This document shows positions 9,049 to 20,126 of a stretch of 64,000 nucleotides of DNA, one piece after another (position 1 is the first letter of the stretch; the number at the start of each line of letters is the position of its first letter). The notes under the pieces are model-generated. The model was not told where the DNA came from, searched no databases, and worked only from the letters and a program-made list of their open reading frames with translations. This stretch comes from Syntrophorhabdaceae bacterium (GTDB lineage Bacteria; Desulfobacterota; Syntrophorhabdia; Syntrophorhabdales; Syntrophorhabdaceae): NCBI GenBank assembly GCA_963666485.2, contig CAXXUO010000001.1:800001-864000 (forward strand), given 5' to 3'. Position numbers and translations under genes: made by a program.

Positions 9049-11756
9049 CCACGGCGACGATCCATATCGACGGCAGCCCGTATTCCGTGACAGCGGGGCA
9101 GAGCCTGCTTAGGGCCTGCCTCTCGTTGGGGTTCAACGTGCCCTATTTCTGCTGGCACCCGGCCCTCGAGTCCGTCGGCGCATGCCGCCAGTGCGCGGTC
9201 AAGCTCTTCCGGGACGATAAGGACACGCGAGGCAGGATCATCATGTCCTGCATGACGCCGGTGACAGACGGAATGATCATCTCCATCGAAGACCCCGATG
9301 TGCGGACGTTCCGGGCCCGGAACATCGAATGGCTGATGCTCAACCATCCCCACGATTGCCCTGTCTGCGACGAAGGCGGCGAATGCCACCTCCAGGACAT
9401 GACCGTCATGACGGGCCACACGTACAGGAGGACCCGGTTCAGGAAGCGGACATACCGGAACCAGGACCTGGGCCCCTTCGTCAATCACGAGATGAACCGG
9501 TGCATCCAATGCTACCGCTGCGTGCGCTTCTACCGCGATTATGCGCACGGCCGCGATCTCGATGTCTTCGGGACCCATGACAGCGTCTATTTCGGCCGCC
9601 ACGAGGACGGGGTCCTTCAGAACGTCTTTTCCGGCAATCTCGTCGAGATATGCCCGACCGGCGTGTTCACCGACAAGACGGAAAAGGGGCATTTCGTCCG
9701 CAAATGGGACCTCGCGACCGCGCCGTCCGTGTGCGTCCACTGCGGCCTGGGGTGCAATATCATCCCCGGCGAGAGAAGCGGTCAATTGCGGCGCATACGC
9801 AACCGCTTCAATGACAGCGTCAACGGGTATTTCCTGTGCGACCGAGGCCGCTACGGTTACGAATTCGTGAACAGCCCCTCCAGGGTCCGCCGGCCATTGG
9901 TGAGGGACGGTCGCGCCGAACCCCTCAAGCCGTTGGGAAGCGAGGAGGCACGCGCGCTTTTTTCCGATATCCTTTCGCACAAGGGCCGTGTTGTCGGCAT
10001 TGGTTCGCCCCGGGCGTCACTTGAGGCCAATTTTGCCCTGCGCGCCCTGGTCGGTTCGGAACAGTTTTTTGCGGGCATGGCCGGGGAAGAGTTTACCCTC
10101 GTCAAGCGGCAGATAGACATTATGCAGAACGGTCCCGTGCCCTCCGTGCCTCTCGGCGAGGTCGCATCCTGCGATGCCATCTTCATCCTGGGGGAAGATG
10201 TGGCAAATACGGCCCCGGTACTTGCCCTCGATATACTCCAGGCGTGCCGGAACGAGCCGATGGCGCGGGCGGATGCGCTTCATATCCCCCGCTGGGAGGA
10301 CAGGGCCGCCCGCGAGGCCCTCCAGCAGGCAAAAGGGCCGTTCTTCCTCGCCGCTGCCCACGAAACCTGGCTCGACGAAAGCGCGGAACGGGTGTTCAGG
10401 GGCGCACCCGATGACATTGCCCGGCTCGGTTTCGCCGTGGCCCATCTTCTCGACGGGGACAGCCCGGAAGCGGCGGGCATGGACAGCGACAGCATGGATA
10501 TTGCCCGCACGATCGCCGAGTCCCTGGGACGGGCGCAGGACCCGCTCATAATCTCGGGTCCCGGGACAGGAAACGCATCCGTTATCGATGCCGCGGCCAA
10601 TATCGCCTGGGCCCTCGGGAAGAACAACGGGAATACCCGGCTTTCTTTCGCCGTCCCCGAATGCAACAGCCTCGGCCTCGCCCTTATAACCTCCCGGGCC
10701 GTGGACGACGCTCTTGCCGCGGTGGAGAGGGGCGATGCGGACACGATGGTCGTACTGGAGAATGACCTCTTCCGCAGAACGGACAGGGACCGGCTGACAG
10801 CATGCCTCGATGCGTGCAAGCACGTCGTCCTTCTCGATCACCTCGTGCACGGCACGGCACCCTTTGCCGACCTCATCCTCCCCGTGGGAACATTCGCGGA
10901 GACTACGGGGACCCTTGTCAACAGCGAGGGGCGGGCCCAGCGTTTTTTTCAGGTATTCGTCCCTGCGGGTGGCATAAGGCCTTCGTGGCAGTGGATGCGC
11001 GACGCACGGGCAGCGAGGGGGGACCCCTCCGGCGCATCGTGGCGCCGCCTTGACGACATCATAGCCGCCATTGCGGGCGATTTCCCCGAACTGAAGCCTG
11101 TGATGGATAGTGCGCCCCCGGCGGACTTCCGGATACACGGCCTCAAGGTCCCCCGCGAGACGCACCGGGTGAGCGCCCGCACGTCCATGCACGCCGATGT
11201 CACGGTCCACGAGCCGAGGCCGCCCGATGATCCCGACTCCCCGTTCGCTTTCTCCATGGAGGGGTACGGCGGCAGGCCTCCTTCATCGCTCATCCCGCGC
11301 TTCTGGGCGCCGCGGTGGAATTCGGTCCAGGCCCTGAACAAGTTCCAGTCCGAGGTGGGCGGCCATCTTGCGGGGGGCGATCCGGGATGCCGGGTCATCG
11401 AACCTGACAGGGGTAAAGGGCCGGGGTACAGGCACAGCATTCCCGAAGCATTCGTTCCCTCGGGGTCGCTCGTACCGGTCCCGCTCTATCACATTTTCGG
11501 CTCCGAGGAGTTAAGCATGTTCTCGCCGCCGGTCGCAGGCCGGGCGTGCGGTGCGTACGTGGCGCTCAACCCTCGCGACGCCGCGCGCCTCAACCTGTCA
11601 GACGGCGACGAGGTCGAGATCGACGGGCAATGGCGGGGCCGGGTTGCCCTTCGAACCGCCCTTCCCGAGGGCGTTGCAGGGGTTCCTTCCGGGCTGCCCG
11701 GAACGGGTGCGGGAATGAAAGGCGGAAAGATCGATATCAAAAAGGTGGCGCCATGA
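9045..11756 (+). CDS. nuoG: NADH-quinone oxidoreductase subunit G (long, E. coli-like)
   Basis: Motifs FCWHP, GACRQC, NHPHDCPVCDEGGEC, RCIQCYRC and CVHCGLGC; 903 aa. Confidence 0.96.
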   Translation: MTTATIHIDGSPYSVTAGQSLLRACLSLGFNVPYFCWHPALESVGACRQCAVKLFRDDKDTRGRIIMSCMTPVTDGMIISIEDPDVRTFRARNIEWLMLNHPHDCPVCDEGGECHLQDMTVMTGHTYRRTRFRKRTYRNQDLGPFVNHEMNRCIQCYRCVRFYRDYAHGRDLDVFGTHDSVYFGRHEDGVLQNVFSGNLVEICPTGVFTDKTEKGHFVRKWDLATAPSVCVHCGLGCNIIPGERSGQLRRIRNRFNDSVNGYFLCDRGRYGYEFVNSPSRVRRPLVRDGRAEPLKPLGSEEARALFSDILSHKGRVVGIGSPRASLEANFALRALVGSEQFFAGMAGEEFTLVKRQIDIMQNGPVPSVPLGEVASCDAIFILGEDVANTAPVLALDILQACRNEPMARADALHIPRWEDRAAREALQQAKGPFFLAAAHETWLDESAERVFRGAPDDIARLGFAVAHLLDGDSPEAAGMDSDSMDIARTIAESLGRAQDPLIISGPGTGNASVIDAAANIAWALGKNNGNTRLSFAVPECNSLGLALITSRAVDDALAAVERGDADTMVVLENDLFRRTDRDRLTACLDACKHVVLLDHLVHGTAPFADLILPVGTFAETTGTLVNSEGRAQRFFQVFVPAGGIRPSWQWMRDARAARGDPSGASWRRLDDIIAAIAGDFPELKPVMDSAPPADFRIHGLKVPRETHRVSARTSMHADVTVHEPRPPDDPDSPFAFSMEGYGGRPPSSLIPRFWAPRWNSVQALNKFQSEVGGHLAGGDPGCRVIEPDRGKGPGYRHSIPEAFVPSGSLVPVPLYHIFGSEELSMFSPPVAGRACGAYVALNPRDAARLNLSDGDEVEIDGQWRGRVALRTALPEGVAGVPSGLPGTGAGMKGGKIDIKKVAP

Positions 11757-12706
11757 GCGTGAGCCTGTCTTCCTTCATCACGCCACTGGCCATCCTCCTC
11801 GTCCTTCTCGTCGCCTCTGCGTGGCTTATCTGGCTCGAGCGCAGGCTGCTCGCCCTGTGGCAGGACAGGTACGGCCCGAACCGGGTGGGCCCTTTCGGGC
11901 TCGGGCAGGTCATAGCCGATATGATCAAGATGACCATGAAGGAGGACTGGGTCCCCCCGTTCGCCGACAGGGCCGTCTTTATCATCTCGCCCGCGATCAT
12001 CATGGCGGCGGTCCTCAGCGCATTTGCGATCGTCTCGTTTGCGCCGGGCATTTCGGTCGCCAGTTTGAACATCGACCTCCTTTTCTTTGTGTCCATGATA
12101 GCCCTCAATGCGTACAGCCCCGTACTCGCCGGCTGGTCGTCGGGCAGCAGGTATTCCCTGCTGGGCGCTTTGAGGGCGGCGGCGCAGATGGTCAGCTACG
12201 AGGTCTTTATGGGGCTGTCCCTCATGGGTGTCGTGGCGCTGACCGGTTCTTTCACGATCCGCGACATCGTCGAGGCGCAAAGGACGATGTGGTTCTGCAT
12301 ACCCCAGCTCCCCGGCCTTGTCGTGTTCGTGATAGCCGGGATAGCCCTCACGCACAGGCTGCCGTTCGACCTCCCGGAAGCGGAGAATGAACTCGTGGCC
12401 GGGTACCATACCGAGTATTCGGGACTCAAGTTCGGGATGTTCTACGTGGGTGAGTACCTCAACATAATCCTCATATCGTCGCTCATAACCACCTTCTTCT
12501 TCGGCGGCTGGCTGGGACCGGTGTTACCTCCCCTTGCCTGGTTCATCATCAAGACCTTCGTGTTTACCTGCGGGTTCATCCTCCTGCGCGCTTCCCTGCC
12601 GCGGCCGCGTTACGACCGGCTCATGGCGCTGGGCTGGAAGATCATGCTGCCGCTGGCAATTCTCAACCTTGTCGTCACGGGAGGCATTATCCTGGCAACG
12701 GGATAA
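11753..12706 (+). CDS. nuoH: NADH-quinone oxidoreductase subunit H
   Basis: Motifs ERRLLALWQDRYGPNRVG, PFDLPEAENEL and PRPRYD. ATG overlaps the nuoG stop. Confidence 0.95.
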   Translation: MSVSLSSFITPLAILLVLLVASAWLIWLERRLLALWQDRYGPNRVGPFGLGQVIADMIKMTMKEDWVPPFADRAVFIISPAIIMAAVLSAFAIVSFAPGISVASLNIDLLFFVSMIALNAYSPVLAGWSSGSRYSLLGALRAAAQMVSYEVFMGLSLMGVVALTGSFTIRDIVEAQRTMWFCIPQLPGLVVFVIAGIALTHRLPFDLPEAENELVAGYHTEYSGLKFGMFYVGEYLNIILISSLITTFFFGGWLGPVLPPLAWFIIKTFVFTCGFILLRASLPRPRYDRLMALGWKIMLPLAILNLVVTGGIILATG

Positions 12707-12715
12707 GGGGAACCT

Positions 12716-13231
12716 ATGCTGAGCATTATGAAAGCGTTATGGCTTATCTTCCTTCACACCTTCAGGAGGCGGGAAACGGTCCTTTACCCCGAGGAGAAAA
12801 GGCGCATCCCTCCCCGGTGGAGGGGCCGCATCATCCTTTCCCGCAGTCCGGACGGCAAAGAAAGGTGCGTCGCCTGCTACCTGTGTTCGGTTGCATGCCC
12901 GGTCGACTGCATCTCGCTCCAGGCTGCCGAGGACGAAGACGGCAGGCGGTACCCGGAATTTTTCCGGATAAATTTCTCGCGCTGCATCTTTTGCGGGTTT
13001 TGTGAAGAGGCGTGCCCTACCCTGGCGATCCAACTTACCACGGACTTTGAAATGAGCGAATACGAGCGGCCGAACCTCGTCTACGAAAAGGAAGACCTGC
13101 TCATCGACGGGCCGGGGAAATACCCGGATTACGATTTTTACCGGGTTGCGGGGCTGGCCGTAAAAGGCAAGGGAAAAGGCGAAGGCGACGAGGAATTACC
13201 GCCGGTGGACGTGAGGACCCTTTTACCATGA
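12716..13231 (+). CDS. nuoI: NADH-quinone oxidoreductase subunit I
   Basis: Two 4Fe-4S motifs, [12 protein letters not shown] and [12 protein letters not shown]. Confidence 0.96.
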   Translation: MLSIMKALWLIFLHTFRRRETVLYPEEKRRIPPRWRGRIILSRSPDGKERCVACYLCSVACPVDCISLQAAEDEDGRRYPEFFRINFSRCIFCGFCEEACPTLAIQLTTDFEMSEYERPNLVYEKEDLLIDGPGKYPDYDFYRVAGLAVKGKGKGEGDEELPPVDVRTLLP

Positions 13232-13265
13232 AACAATGCGTGATCACGAGGCATATGAGGCTTTT

Positions 13266-13779
<514 letters not shown>

Positions 13780-13787
<8 letters not shown>

Positions 13788-14088
13788 CGCGCTCCTTAAC
13801 TACACTATGGCACTCGCGGGACTTATCTTCGCGATCGGCCTGACCGGGGTCCTCATGCGCCGCAACCTGATCTTCATTCTTCTCTCGCTGGAGATCATGC
13901 TGAATGCGGCGGGTCTCGCCTTCGTTGCCGCCGGCGCCAAGTGGGGCGCGGCCGACGGACAGGTCATGTTCATCCTTATCCTCGCCGTCGCGGCCGCCGA
14001 GGTGGCGATAGGGCTCGCCCTCCTCTTGAGGTTTTACGATATGCACAAGACCCTCGACACCGGCCGTGCGGCCGGGATGAAGGGGTAG
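13780..14088 (+). CDS. nuoK: NADH-quinone oxidoreductase subunit K
   Basis: Motifs RRNLIFILLSLEIMLNA and AVAAAEVAIGLA. RBS AAGGAGGAGG. Confidence 0.94.
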
Positions 14089-14102
14089 ACGGTGAATACG
14101 TT

Positions 14103-15995
14103 ATGTTAGAGATGCTGTGGCTGGTCCCCGCTTTTCCTTTTTTGGGCTTCGCATTTCTTGTTCTTGGCGGAGCGAGACTGCCGCACGGGCTGAAAGCCCT
14201 CGTGGGTGCGGGAACGGTTGCGGGCTCGGCCGCGGCGGCGACCATCGTGGCGGTGCGGTTCATTGCGTCCCCGCCCAACGGGTCAGCGTACGTCGAGAGG
14301 TTGTGGACATGGATGCATACGGGCAGTTTCAACCCGGCCGTCGCCCTGTACCTCGACCCGCTCTCGATCGTGATGGTCCTTGTCATAACCTGGGTGAGTT
14401 TCTTCATCCTCCTGTATTCGACGTATTTCATGGCGGAGGATGACGGGTTCGGGAGATTCTTCGCCTACATGGACCTCTTTGTCGGGTTCATGCTCGTCCT
14501 GGTGCTTGCCGATAATTTTCTCCTTCTCTACCTCGGCTGGGAGGGGGTCGGGCTTTGCAGCTACCTTCTCATCGGGTTCTGGTACAAGGAGGAAGAGAAC
14601 GTGCGGGCCGCCGTCAAGGCATTCATCGTGACACGCATCGGTGATGCCGCTCTTGCGGTCGGCCTCTTCCTCATCTTTTACGACCTCGGCACCCTGAACA
14701 TCCAGGAGGCATTGGCGCAGGTGCCGGAGAAATGGCTCATCGGCTCTGTCATGGCGAACGCCGCGGCGGCGCTCCTATTAGGAGGGGCACTGGCAAAGTC
14801 CGCCCAGGTGCCGCTCCAGACCTGGCTCCCCGACGCCATGGCGGGCCCGACGCCCACGAGCGCGCTGATACACGCGTCGACCATGGTCACCGCCGGCGTG
14901 TACCTTATCGCCCGTACACACACCTTCTTCACGATGGCGCCGCCGGTGCACTACGCCATTGCCATCATAGGGGCCGTTACCGTGTTGATCGGGGGGTCGA
15001 GCGCCCAGGCCCAGAGGGATATAAAACGCGTCCTCGCCTACTCGACGATGAGCCAGGTCGGCTACATGTTCCTTGCCCTGGGCGTCGGCGCATGGGCCGC
15101 GTCCATCTTTCATTTCGTGACCCACGCGTTTTTCAAGGCCCTTTTATTTCTTTGCGCCGGGCTTGTGATCAAGGCCCTGGATGACGAGCACGACATATTC
15201 AACATGGGCGGGTTGAGAAAAAAACTCCCCCTTGTTTTCTGGAGTTTTCTCATAGGGTGCGCGTCACTGTCTGCAATCCCCCTGGTCACCGGCGGTTTCT
15301 TCAGCAAGGACCTCGTCCTTCTCGATGCATGGCTATATCCGGCGGGGGGCCTGCACCTCTTCGTCGCCGGCATGATCGGCAGTTTTCTCACGGCCGCCTA
15401 CAGTTTCCGGCTTCTGTTCATCGTTTTCTTTGGCGCGTCAACCCGGCCGGTCAAGGCGATCAAGAGCCGTGCGGCCGGGATAGCCGTCATATCCCTCGCG
15501 GTCCTGTCCATCATAGGGGGATATATCGAAACACCGCGCTTCCTGGGCAATGTCACGATCTTTACGGACTTTATCCGGTCTGCCATACCCGAGGCCCTGC
15601 CCGTTGTGACCGGGGCCGGCAGGTCCGTCATTTTCATTGTATTGTCGGTCCTCGCATCGTTCGGGGGGATCTATACCGCTTACACCCTTTTCGTGAGGAA
15701 CCGGGATAACGTACAAAGCATGATACATGCCGGGGCGGGAAAGATCATCCACAGGTGCCTCTCGGCGGGATGGGGTTTCGATCTGCTGTACGACACCCTG
15801 GTCGTCCGGCCCTTCGTTTACCTTGCGAGGCGGGGCCGCAGGGATGTCTTCGATCTTTTCTATCGAGCGGTCGAGCTTTTCTGCGGCGCCGCGCACGGTA
15901 TTGTGCGCTCGACGCAGACGGGCAACCTGCGCTGGTATGCCGCGGCCATAGCCTTCGGCGCCGTCGTGTTCATAGGCTTGGTGATACTCTTATGA
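14103..15995 (+). CDS. nuoL: NADH-quinone oxidoreductase subunit L
   Basis: Motifs GWEGVGLCSYLLIGFW, KSAQVPLQTWLPDAMAGPTPTSALIH and THAFFKALLF. Confidence 0.95.
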   Translation: MLEMLWLVPAFPFLGFAFLVLGGARLPHGLKALVGAGTVAGSAAAATIVAVRFIASPPNGSAYVERLWTWMHTGSFNPAVALYLDPLSIVMVLVITWVSFFILLYSTYFMAEDDGFGRFFAYMDLFVGFMLVLVLADNFLLLYLGWEGVGLCSYLLIGFWYKEEENVRAAVKAFIVTRIGDAALAVGLFLIFYDLGTLNIQEALAQVPEKWLIGSVMANAAAALLLGGALAKSAQVPLQTWLPDAMAGPTPTSALIHASTMVTAGVYLIARTHTFFTMAPPVHYAIAIIGAVTVLIGGSSAQAQRDIKRVLAYSTMSQVGYMFLALGVGAWAASIFHFVTHAFFKALLFLCAGLVIKALDDEHDIFNMGGLRKKLPLVFWSFLIGCASLSAIPLVTGGFFSKDLVLLDAWLYPAGGLHLFVAGMIGSFLTAAYSFRLLFIVFFGASTRPVKAIKSRAAGIAVISLAVLSIIGGYIETPRFLGNVTIFTDFIRSAIPEALPVVTGAGRSVIFIVLSVLASFGGIYTAYTLFVRNRDNVQSMIHAGAGKIIHRCLSAGWGFDLLYDTLVVRPFVYLARRGRRDVFDLFYRAVELFCGAAHGIVRSTQTGNLRWYAAAIAFGAVVFIGLVILL

Positions 15996-17578
15996 TACTC
16001 GTATGCCTTTTGATCATACCCCTTGTCGCGGCCCTTTTGTGCCTGGCCTTCGGTTTTCGCACCGGTGCGGGTGCGCGATGGGTTGCGCTCCTGGCCATGG
16101 TTGCCGAACTTGTTATTACAGTCACCCTTTTCGCCGGATACCAGGACGTTCCTCATTCGCCCGCCCCGGGAGGGTGGCTTCTCGAAACCAGGGCCTCCTG
16201 GTTCCCCCAGCTGGGGATAAGCTTTCACCTCGCCGCCGACGGGATGAGCCTCCTTTTCGTCCTGCTCACCGCCCTCGTCGGCTCGATGGCCGTCATTGCA
16301 TCATGGACGGAGATAAAGGAGAGCGCCGGCTTTTTTCATTTCAACCTCCTCCTGACCCTTGTCGGGGTCATCGGGGTCTTTCTCGCCGTCGACCTCTTTC
16401 TCTTCTACTTTTTCTGGGAGCTCATGCTGGTCCCGATGTTCTTCCTGATCTTATCGTGGGGACACGAGAGGCGGGTCTATGCCGCGGTCAAGTTCCTTAT
16501 CTTCACCCAGTTCGGCGGGCTCTTCATGCTTGTGTCCATCCTCGGCCTCGCTTTTGCCCATAAGCATGCAGCGGGGGCGTTGTCCTTCGACTATGCGGAC
16601 CTTATCGGGACATCCATGAACGGCACGACCGCGACCCTCCTCCTGTTCGGTTTCCTCGCGGCCTTTCTCGTCAAGCTGCCCGCCGTGCCGTTTCACGCGT
16701 GGCTCCCGGAGGCGCACACGCATGCTCCCACGGGCGGCAGCATTATCCTTGCCGGTCTTTTACTGAAAACCGGGGCGTACGGGCTCATCCGCTTCGCCGT
16801 TCCGCTCTTTCCGGATGCTGCGTCCGGGCTTGCCCCTTACGGCATGGTGCTCGCCGTTGCCGGCATCCTGTACGGCGCGGTGATGTCTTTCTCGCAGACC
16901 GACCTCAAGCGGCTCATCGCCTATACGAGCGTGAGCCACATGGGCTTTGTGCTCCTCGGGGTCTCGGCATGGAATGTCCTTGCCTTACAGGGCGCGGTCA
17001 TCCAGATCATATGCCACGGCATAGGGACCGGGGCCCTGTTCATGCTCGCCGGAGCTCTCCAGGAAAGGATCCACACACGCGAGCTTTCCCGCATGGGGGG
17101 CCTCTGGACGAAGGTCCCCCGTATGAGCGGGATGTGGCTTGTCTTCGCCCTTGCGGCCCTCGGGTTGCCGGGGCTGGGGAATTTCCTGGGGGAGTTCCTT
17201 GTGCTCCTGGGGAGCTACCGCGCAAGCATCGCCGCGACAGCCATTGCGGCTTCCGGGTTTATTCTCGCGACGGTCTACGCATTGTGGATGCTCTGGCAGC
17301 TGGCTTTCGGCCCCCGGCGCACCGCGTGGGACATGGCGGACCTCTCGGTACGGGAAATGCTGCCCCTGGGCGTGGCGGTCGGGCTCCTCATCTGGATCGG
17401 CCTTTTCCCGCAAAGTGTGATCAGGGCTGCCGCGCAGGGCCTCAACAGCTTGAGGCCCCCCACGGAGTGGAGCGCGCCTTCCCGGCACAACGCCGGCATA
17501 CCGGATAGAGATCTGGTGGAGCGAGGAACACGGACAGGCGGCGGGGAAGTACCGGGAGGGCACAATGCGAGGCCGTGA
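15992..17578 (+). CDS. nuoM: NADH-quinone oxidoreductase subunit M
   Basis: Motifs FFWELMLVPM, VKLPAVPFHAWLPEAH and LIAYTSVSHMGF. Confidence 0.95.
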   Translation: MILVCLLIIPLVAALLCLAFGFRTGAGARWVALLAMVAELVITVTLFAGYQDVPHSPAPGGWLLETRASWFPQLGISFHLAADGMSLLFVLLTALVGSMAVIASWTEIKESAGFFHFNLLLTLVGVIGVFLAVDLFLFYFFWELMLVPMFFLILSWGHERRVYAAVKFLIFTQFGGLFMLVSILGLAFAHKHAAGALSFDYADLIGTSMNGTTATLLLFGFLAAFLVKLPAVPFHAWLPEAHTHAPTGGSIILAGLLLKTGAYGLIRFAVPLFPDAASGLAPYGMVLAVAGILYGAVMSFSQTDLKRLIAYTSVSHMGFVLLGVSAWNVLALQGAVIQIICHGIGTGALFMLAGALQERIHTRELSRMGGLWTKVPRMSGMWLVFALAALGLPGLGNFLGEFLVLLGSYRASIAATAIAASGFILATVYALWMLWQLAFGPRRTAWDMADLSVREMLPLGVAVGLLIWIGLFPQSVIRAAAQGLNSLRPPTEWSAPSRHNAGIPDRDLVERGTRTGGGEVPGGHNARP

Positions 17579-19004
17579 CCTTATTCCGATCATGCCCTTT
17601 CTTGTAATAGCCTTTACCGCGGTCCTCGTTATGGTCGCGGCCGCTCTCAAGAGAGGCAGGGCCGGCGCCTTTATCATAACGGCGTGCGGCTTGGTGCTCT
17701 CTTTCGTTTCGACGTGCCTCGCCATGACGAAAGCGCTGCCCGTGCACCGGGTCGGGCAGCTTCTTGTCATAGACGGCCTGGGCCTCTTCTTTATCGGCCT
17801 CATCGTCGCCGCGTCGCTTGCGCTTGCGATCCTGTCATACGATTACCTCACGATGCACGCGGCGCGTTCCGGGGAATATTACGTTCTTTTTCTCTCGGCA
17901 ACGCTGGGGGCCATGGTGCTTGCCGCGAGCAGCCATTTCATATCTTTCTTTCTCGGGCTCGAAATTTTAAGCCTGTCCCTCTATGTCCTTGTCGCCTACC
18001 TTCACGCCACGCCCGGGCACCTGGAGGCGGGTATCAAATACCTCGTATTGTCCTCTGTTTCCACGGCATTCCTCCTGTTCGGGATGGCCCTGACCTACGG
18101 CCGCACGGGCACCATGGAATTTTCCGCCCTGGCCGCGAGAATATCCGGCCTTGCCGCCGACCCGGCGCTCATTGCCGGGACCGTGATGGTCATCGTGGGC
18201 ATCGGCTTCAAGCTCGCCCTCGTCCCTTTCCATATGTGGGCCCCGGATGTGTACGAGGGCGCGCCCGTGCCGGTGGCGGCGTTCATTGCGACTGTGTCCA
18301 AAGGCGCTGTTTTCACCGTTCTTGTCAGGTTCTTTCCGGTCACAACCGTTCCTGAGGGCGGACCTCTCTTTATCATATTCAGCGTCATCGCGGCGGTCAC
18401 GATGTTCACGGGGAATTTCCTCGCCCTTTTCCAGAATAACGTGAAGCGCCTCCTCGCCTATTCCTCTATCGCCCAGTTCGGCTATCTCCTCGTGGCCTTT
18501 CTCTCCGTAAGCAGCATGCGCACGACGTCGATCGCTTTTTATCTCGCCGCGTATTTTGTGATGACCATCGGCGCCTTCGGGGTCGTCACGCTCATGGCGG
18601 ACAAAGACAATGACGCAGATGCCCTTCCCGCCTATGCCGGCCTTTTCTTCGCGAGGCCCTGGCTGGCCGCGGCCTTCGCCCTCATGCTCCTCGCGCTCGC
18701 AGGAATGCCCCTGACGATCGGCCTTATCGGGAAGCTTTATATCTTTGCGGCGGGTGTGGCGTCCGGCCTTTGGTTGCTCGTCATCGTCCTCGCGGTAAAC
18801 AGCGTTATCGGGCTTTTTTATTACGTCCGCGTCATAACGACCATGTTCCTCCGGCCTGATGCCGGCGAAATAGACGCGCTGAAGTTGAGGCCCTCGCCGC
18901 GGACCGGCCGCGTCCTTATCGCGGCACTGTCAGTCATCCTTGTCTGGCTGGGGATCTATCCGGCCCCCCTGGTCAGCATCATACAAAAAATGATCGGGCC
19001 GTAA
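17565..19004 (+). CDS. nuoN: NADH-quinone oxidoreductase subunit N
   Basis: Motifs EAGIKY, GFKLALVPFHMWAPDVYEGAP and KRLLAYSSIA. Confidence 0.95.
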   Translation: MRGRDLIPIMPFLVIAFTAVLVMVAAALKRGRAGAFIITACGLVLSFVSTCLAMTKALPVHRVGQLLVIDGLGLFFIGLIVAASLALAILSYDYLTMHAARSGEYYVLFLSATLGAMVLAASSHFISFFLGLEILSLSLYVLVAYLHATPGHLEAGIKYLVLSSVSTAFLLFGMALTYGRTGTMEFSALAARISGLAADPALIAGTVMVIVGIGFKLALVPFHMWAPDVYEGAPVPVAAFIATVSKGAVFTVLVRFFPVTTVPEGGPLFIIFSVIAAVTMFTGNFLALFQNNVKRLLAYSSIAQFGYLLVAFLSVSSMRTTSIAFYLAAYFVMTIGAFGVVTLMADKDNDADALPAYAGLFFARPWLAAAFALMLLALAGMPLTIGLIGKLYIFAAGVASGLWLLVIVLAVNSVIGLFYYVRVITTMFLRPDAGEIDALKLRPSPRTGRVLIAALSVILVWLGIYPAPLVSIIQKMIGP

Positions 19005-19021
19005 GGAACGGGAGGGAAACG

Positions 19022-19516
19022 ATGCGTATCGGCATAGCTTCGGACCACGGCGGGTTTGAATTGAAGATGAAGTTGGCCAAAGACCTCGGCAAGGCGGGAT
19101 ATCAGATAGAAGATTTCGGGGCGTTCGCGTTTGTCCGGGAAGATGATTACCCCGATTTTGTCATACCGCTCGCCCGGGCTGTAGCGAAGGGCAAAATAAC
19201 GCGGGGTATTGCCGTCTGCGGGAGCGGCGTCGGGGCCTCAATTGCCGCCAATAAGGTCGCGGGGGTCCGGGCGGCCCTCATAACCGACTGTTTTTCCGCC
19301 CACCAGGGGGTGGAAGACGACGACATGAACATCATATGTCTCGGCGGCCGCGTCCTCGGGTACGCCCTTGCCCTCGACCTGACATTGACATTCCTCGCGG
19401 CGCGCTTCAAGAATGGGGAGCGCCACCGCCGCCGCCTGGCCAAGGTGAACGAACTCGAGGAACCCGCAAACCCATCGAACGATCTACGCCATGCCCCGGG
19501 AGCCCGCCATCGATAA
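19022..19516 (+). CDS. rpiB: Ribose-5-phosphate isomerase B (RpiB/LacA/LacB family)
   Basis: Motifs IASDHGG, DDYPDF, CGSGVGASIAANK and ERHRRR. Confidence 0.9.
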   Translation: MRIGIASDHGGFELKMKLAKDLGKAGYQIEDFGAFAFVREDDYPDFVIPLARAVAKGKITRGIAVCGSGVGASIAANKVAGVRAALITDCFSAHQGVEDDDMNIICLGGRVLGYALALDLTLTFLAARFKNGERHRRRLAKVNELEEPANPSNDLRHAPGARHR

Positions 19517-19550
19517 CCCCCCTCAACTTCCCGGTCGAAGGCCGAAGGGT

Positions 19551-19580
19551 TTGACAGTTCCCTGAAAACCCCTGTAAAAT
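19551..19580 (+). promoter_or_regulatory. Sigma70-type promoter of tRNA-Leu
   Basis: TTGACA (19551-56), 18-nt spacer, TAAAAT (19575-80), lying 7 nt before the tRNA. Confidence 0.7.
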
Positions 19581-19587
19581 ATCGCAT

Positions 19588-19669
19588 GCGAGAGTGGCGG
19601 AACTGGCAGACGCACTGGACTTAGGATCCAGCGGGTTACACCATAGGGGTTCAAGTCCCCTCTCTCGCA
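19588..19669 (+). tRNA. tRNA-Leu (anticodon TAG)
   Basis: Acceptor stem GCGAGAG/CTCTCGC, anticodon arm CTGGA-CTTAGGA-TCCAG, long variable arm, T arm GGGGTTCAAGTCCCC. CCA is not encoded. Confidence 0.95.
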
Positions 19670-20126
19670 TTCAAGTAATATCAAGGTCTTACCCCTTTTG
19701 TCCACGTCTTTAGACCTTCGGTCTTTCGGCGATTGCCAAAAAAACAAAATGGCTTTTTAACCTGGTTTGTTGGGAACGTCCCTTGACTATTCCTTGACTA
19801 TTCTGGGAAGACCAGGGATCTGTCCTGAAATTCAACCTCATCGTGTTTCGCCCTTGCATTTACCGAACAGCGGATGCCGCTGAATACACGCCTTGCAAAT
19901 ATGCGCAGCCCGCAGTGTTGCCCTCATATTCTTTGATTGGCTTCCTTGTCGTTCTAAAAGGAAGGAAGCTGGTCAGGGATATTCGGCTCCCCATCGTCTC
20001 CTGGAATAACCATCATGATATGGCAGGCCCGGTAACGCTGATAGTGTTAATCCTTCACGTATTGGGGCAATTTTGATCGAGTTGTCGCAGTTCTTGTTTC
20101 CCGGTATAATGTATAAGGTGTTCACA

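Noticed and set aside
19810..20070. Possible integrase remnant next to the tRNA
   Set aside because: No tyrosine or serine recombinase motifs were recognisable in the short ORFs here or at 22500-22690. A translated search would be needed to exclude a decayed fragment.
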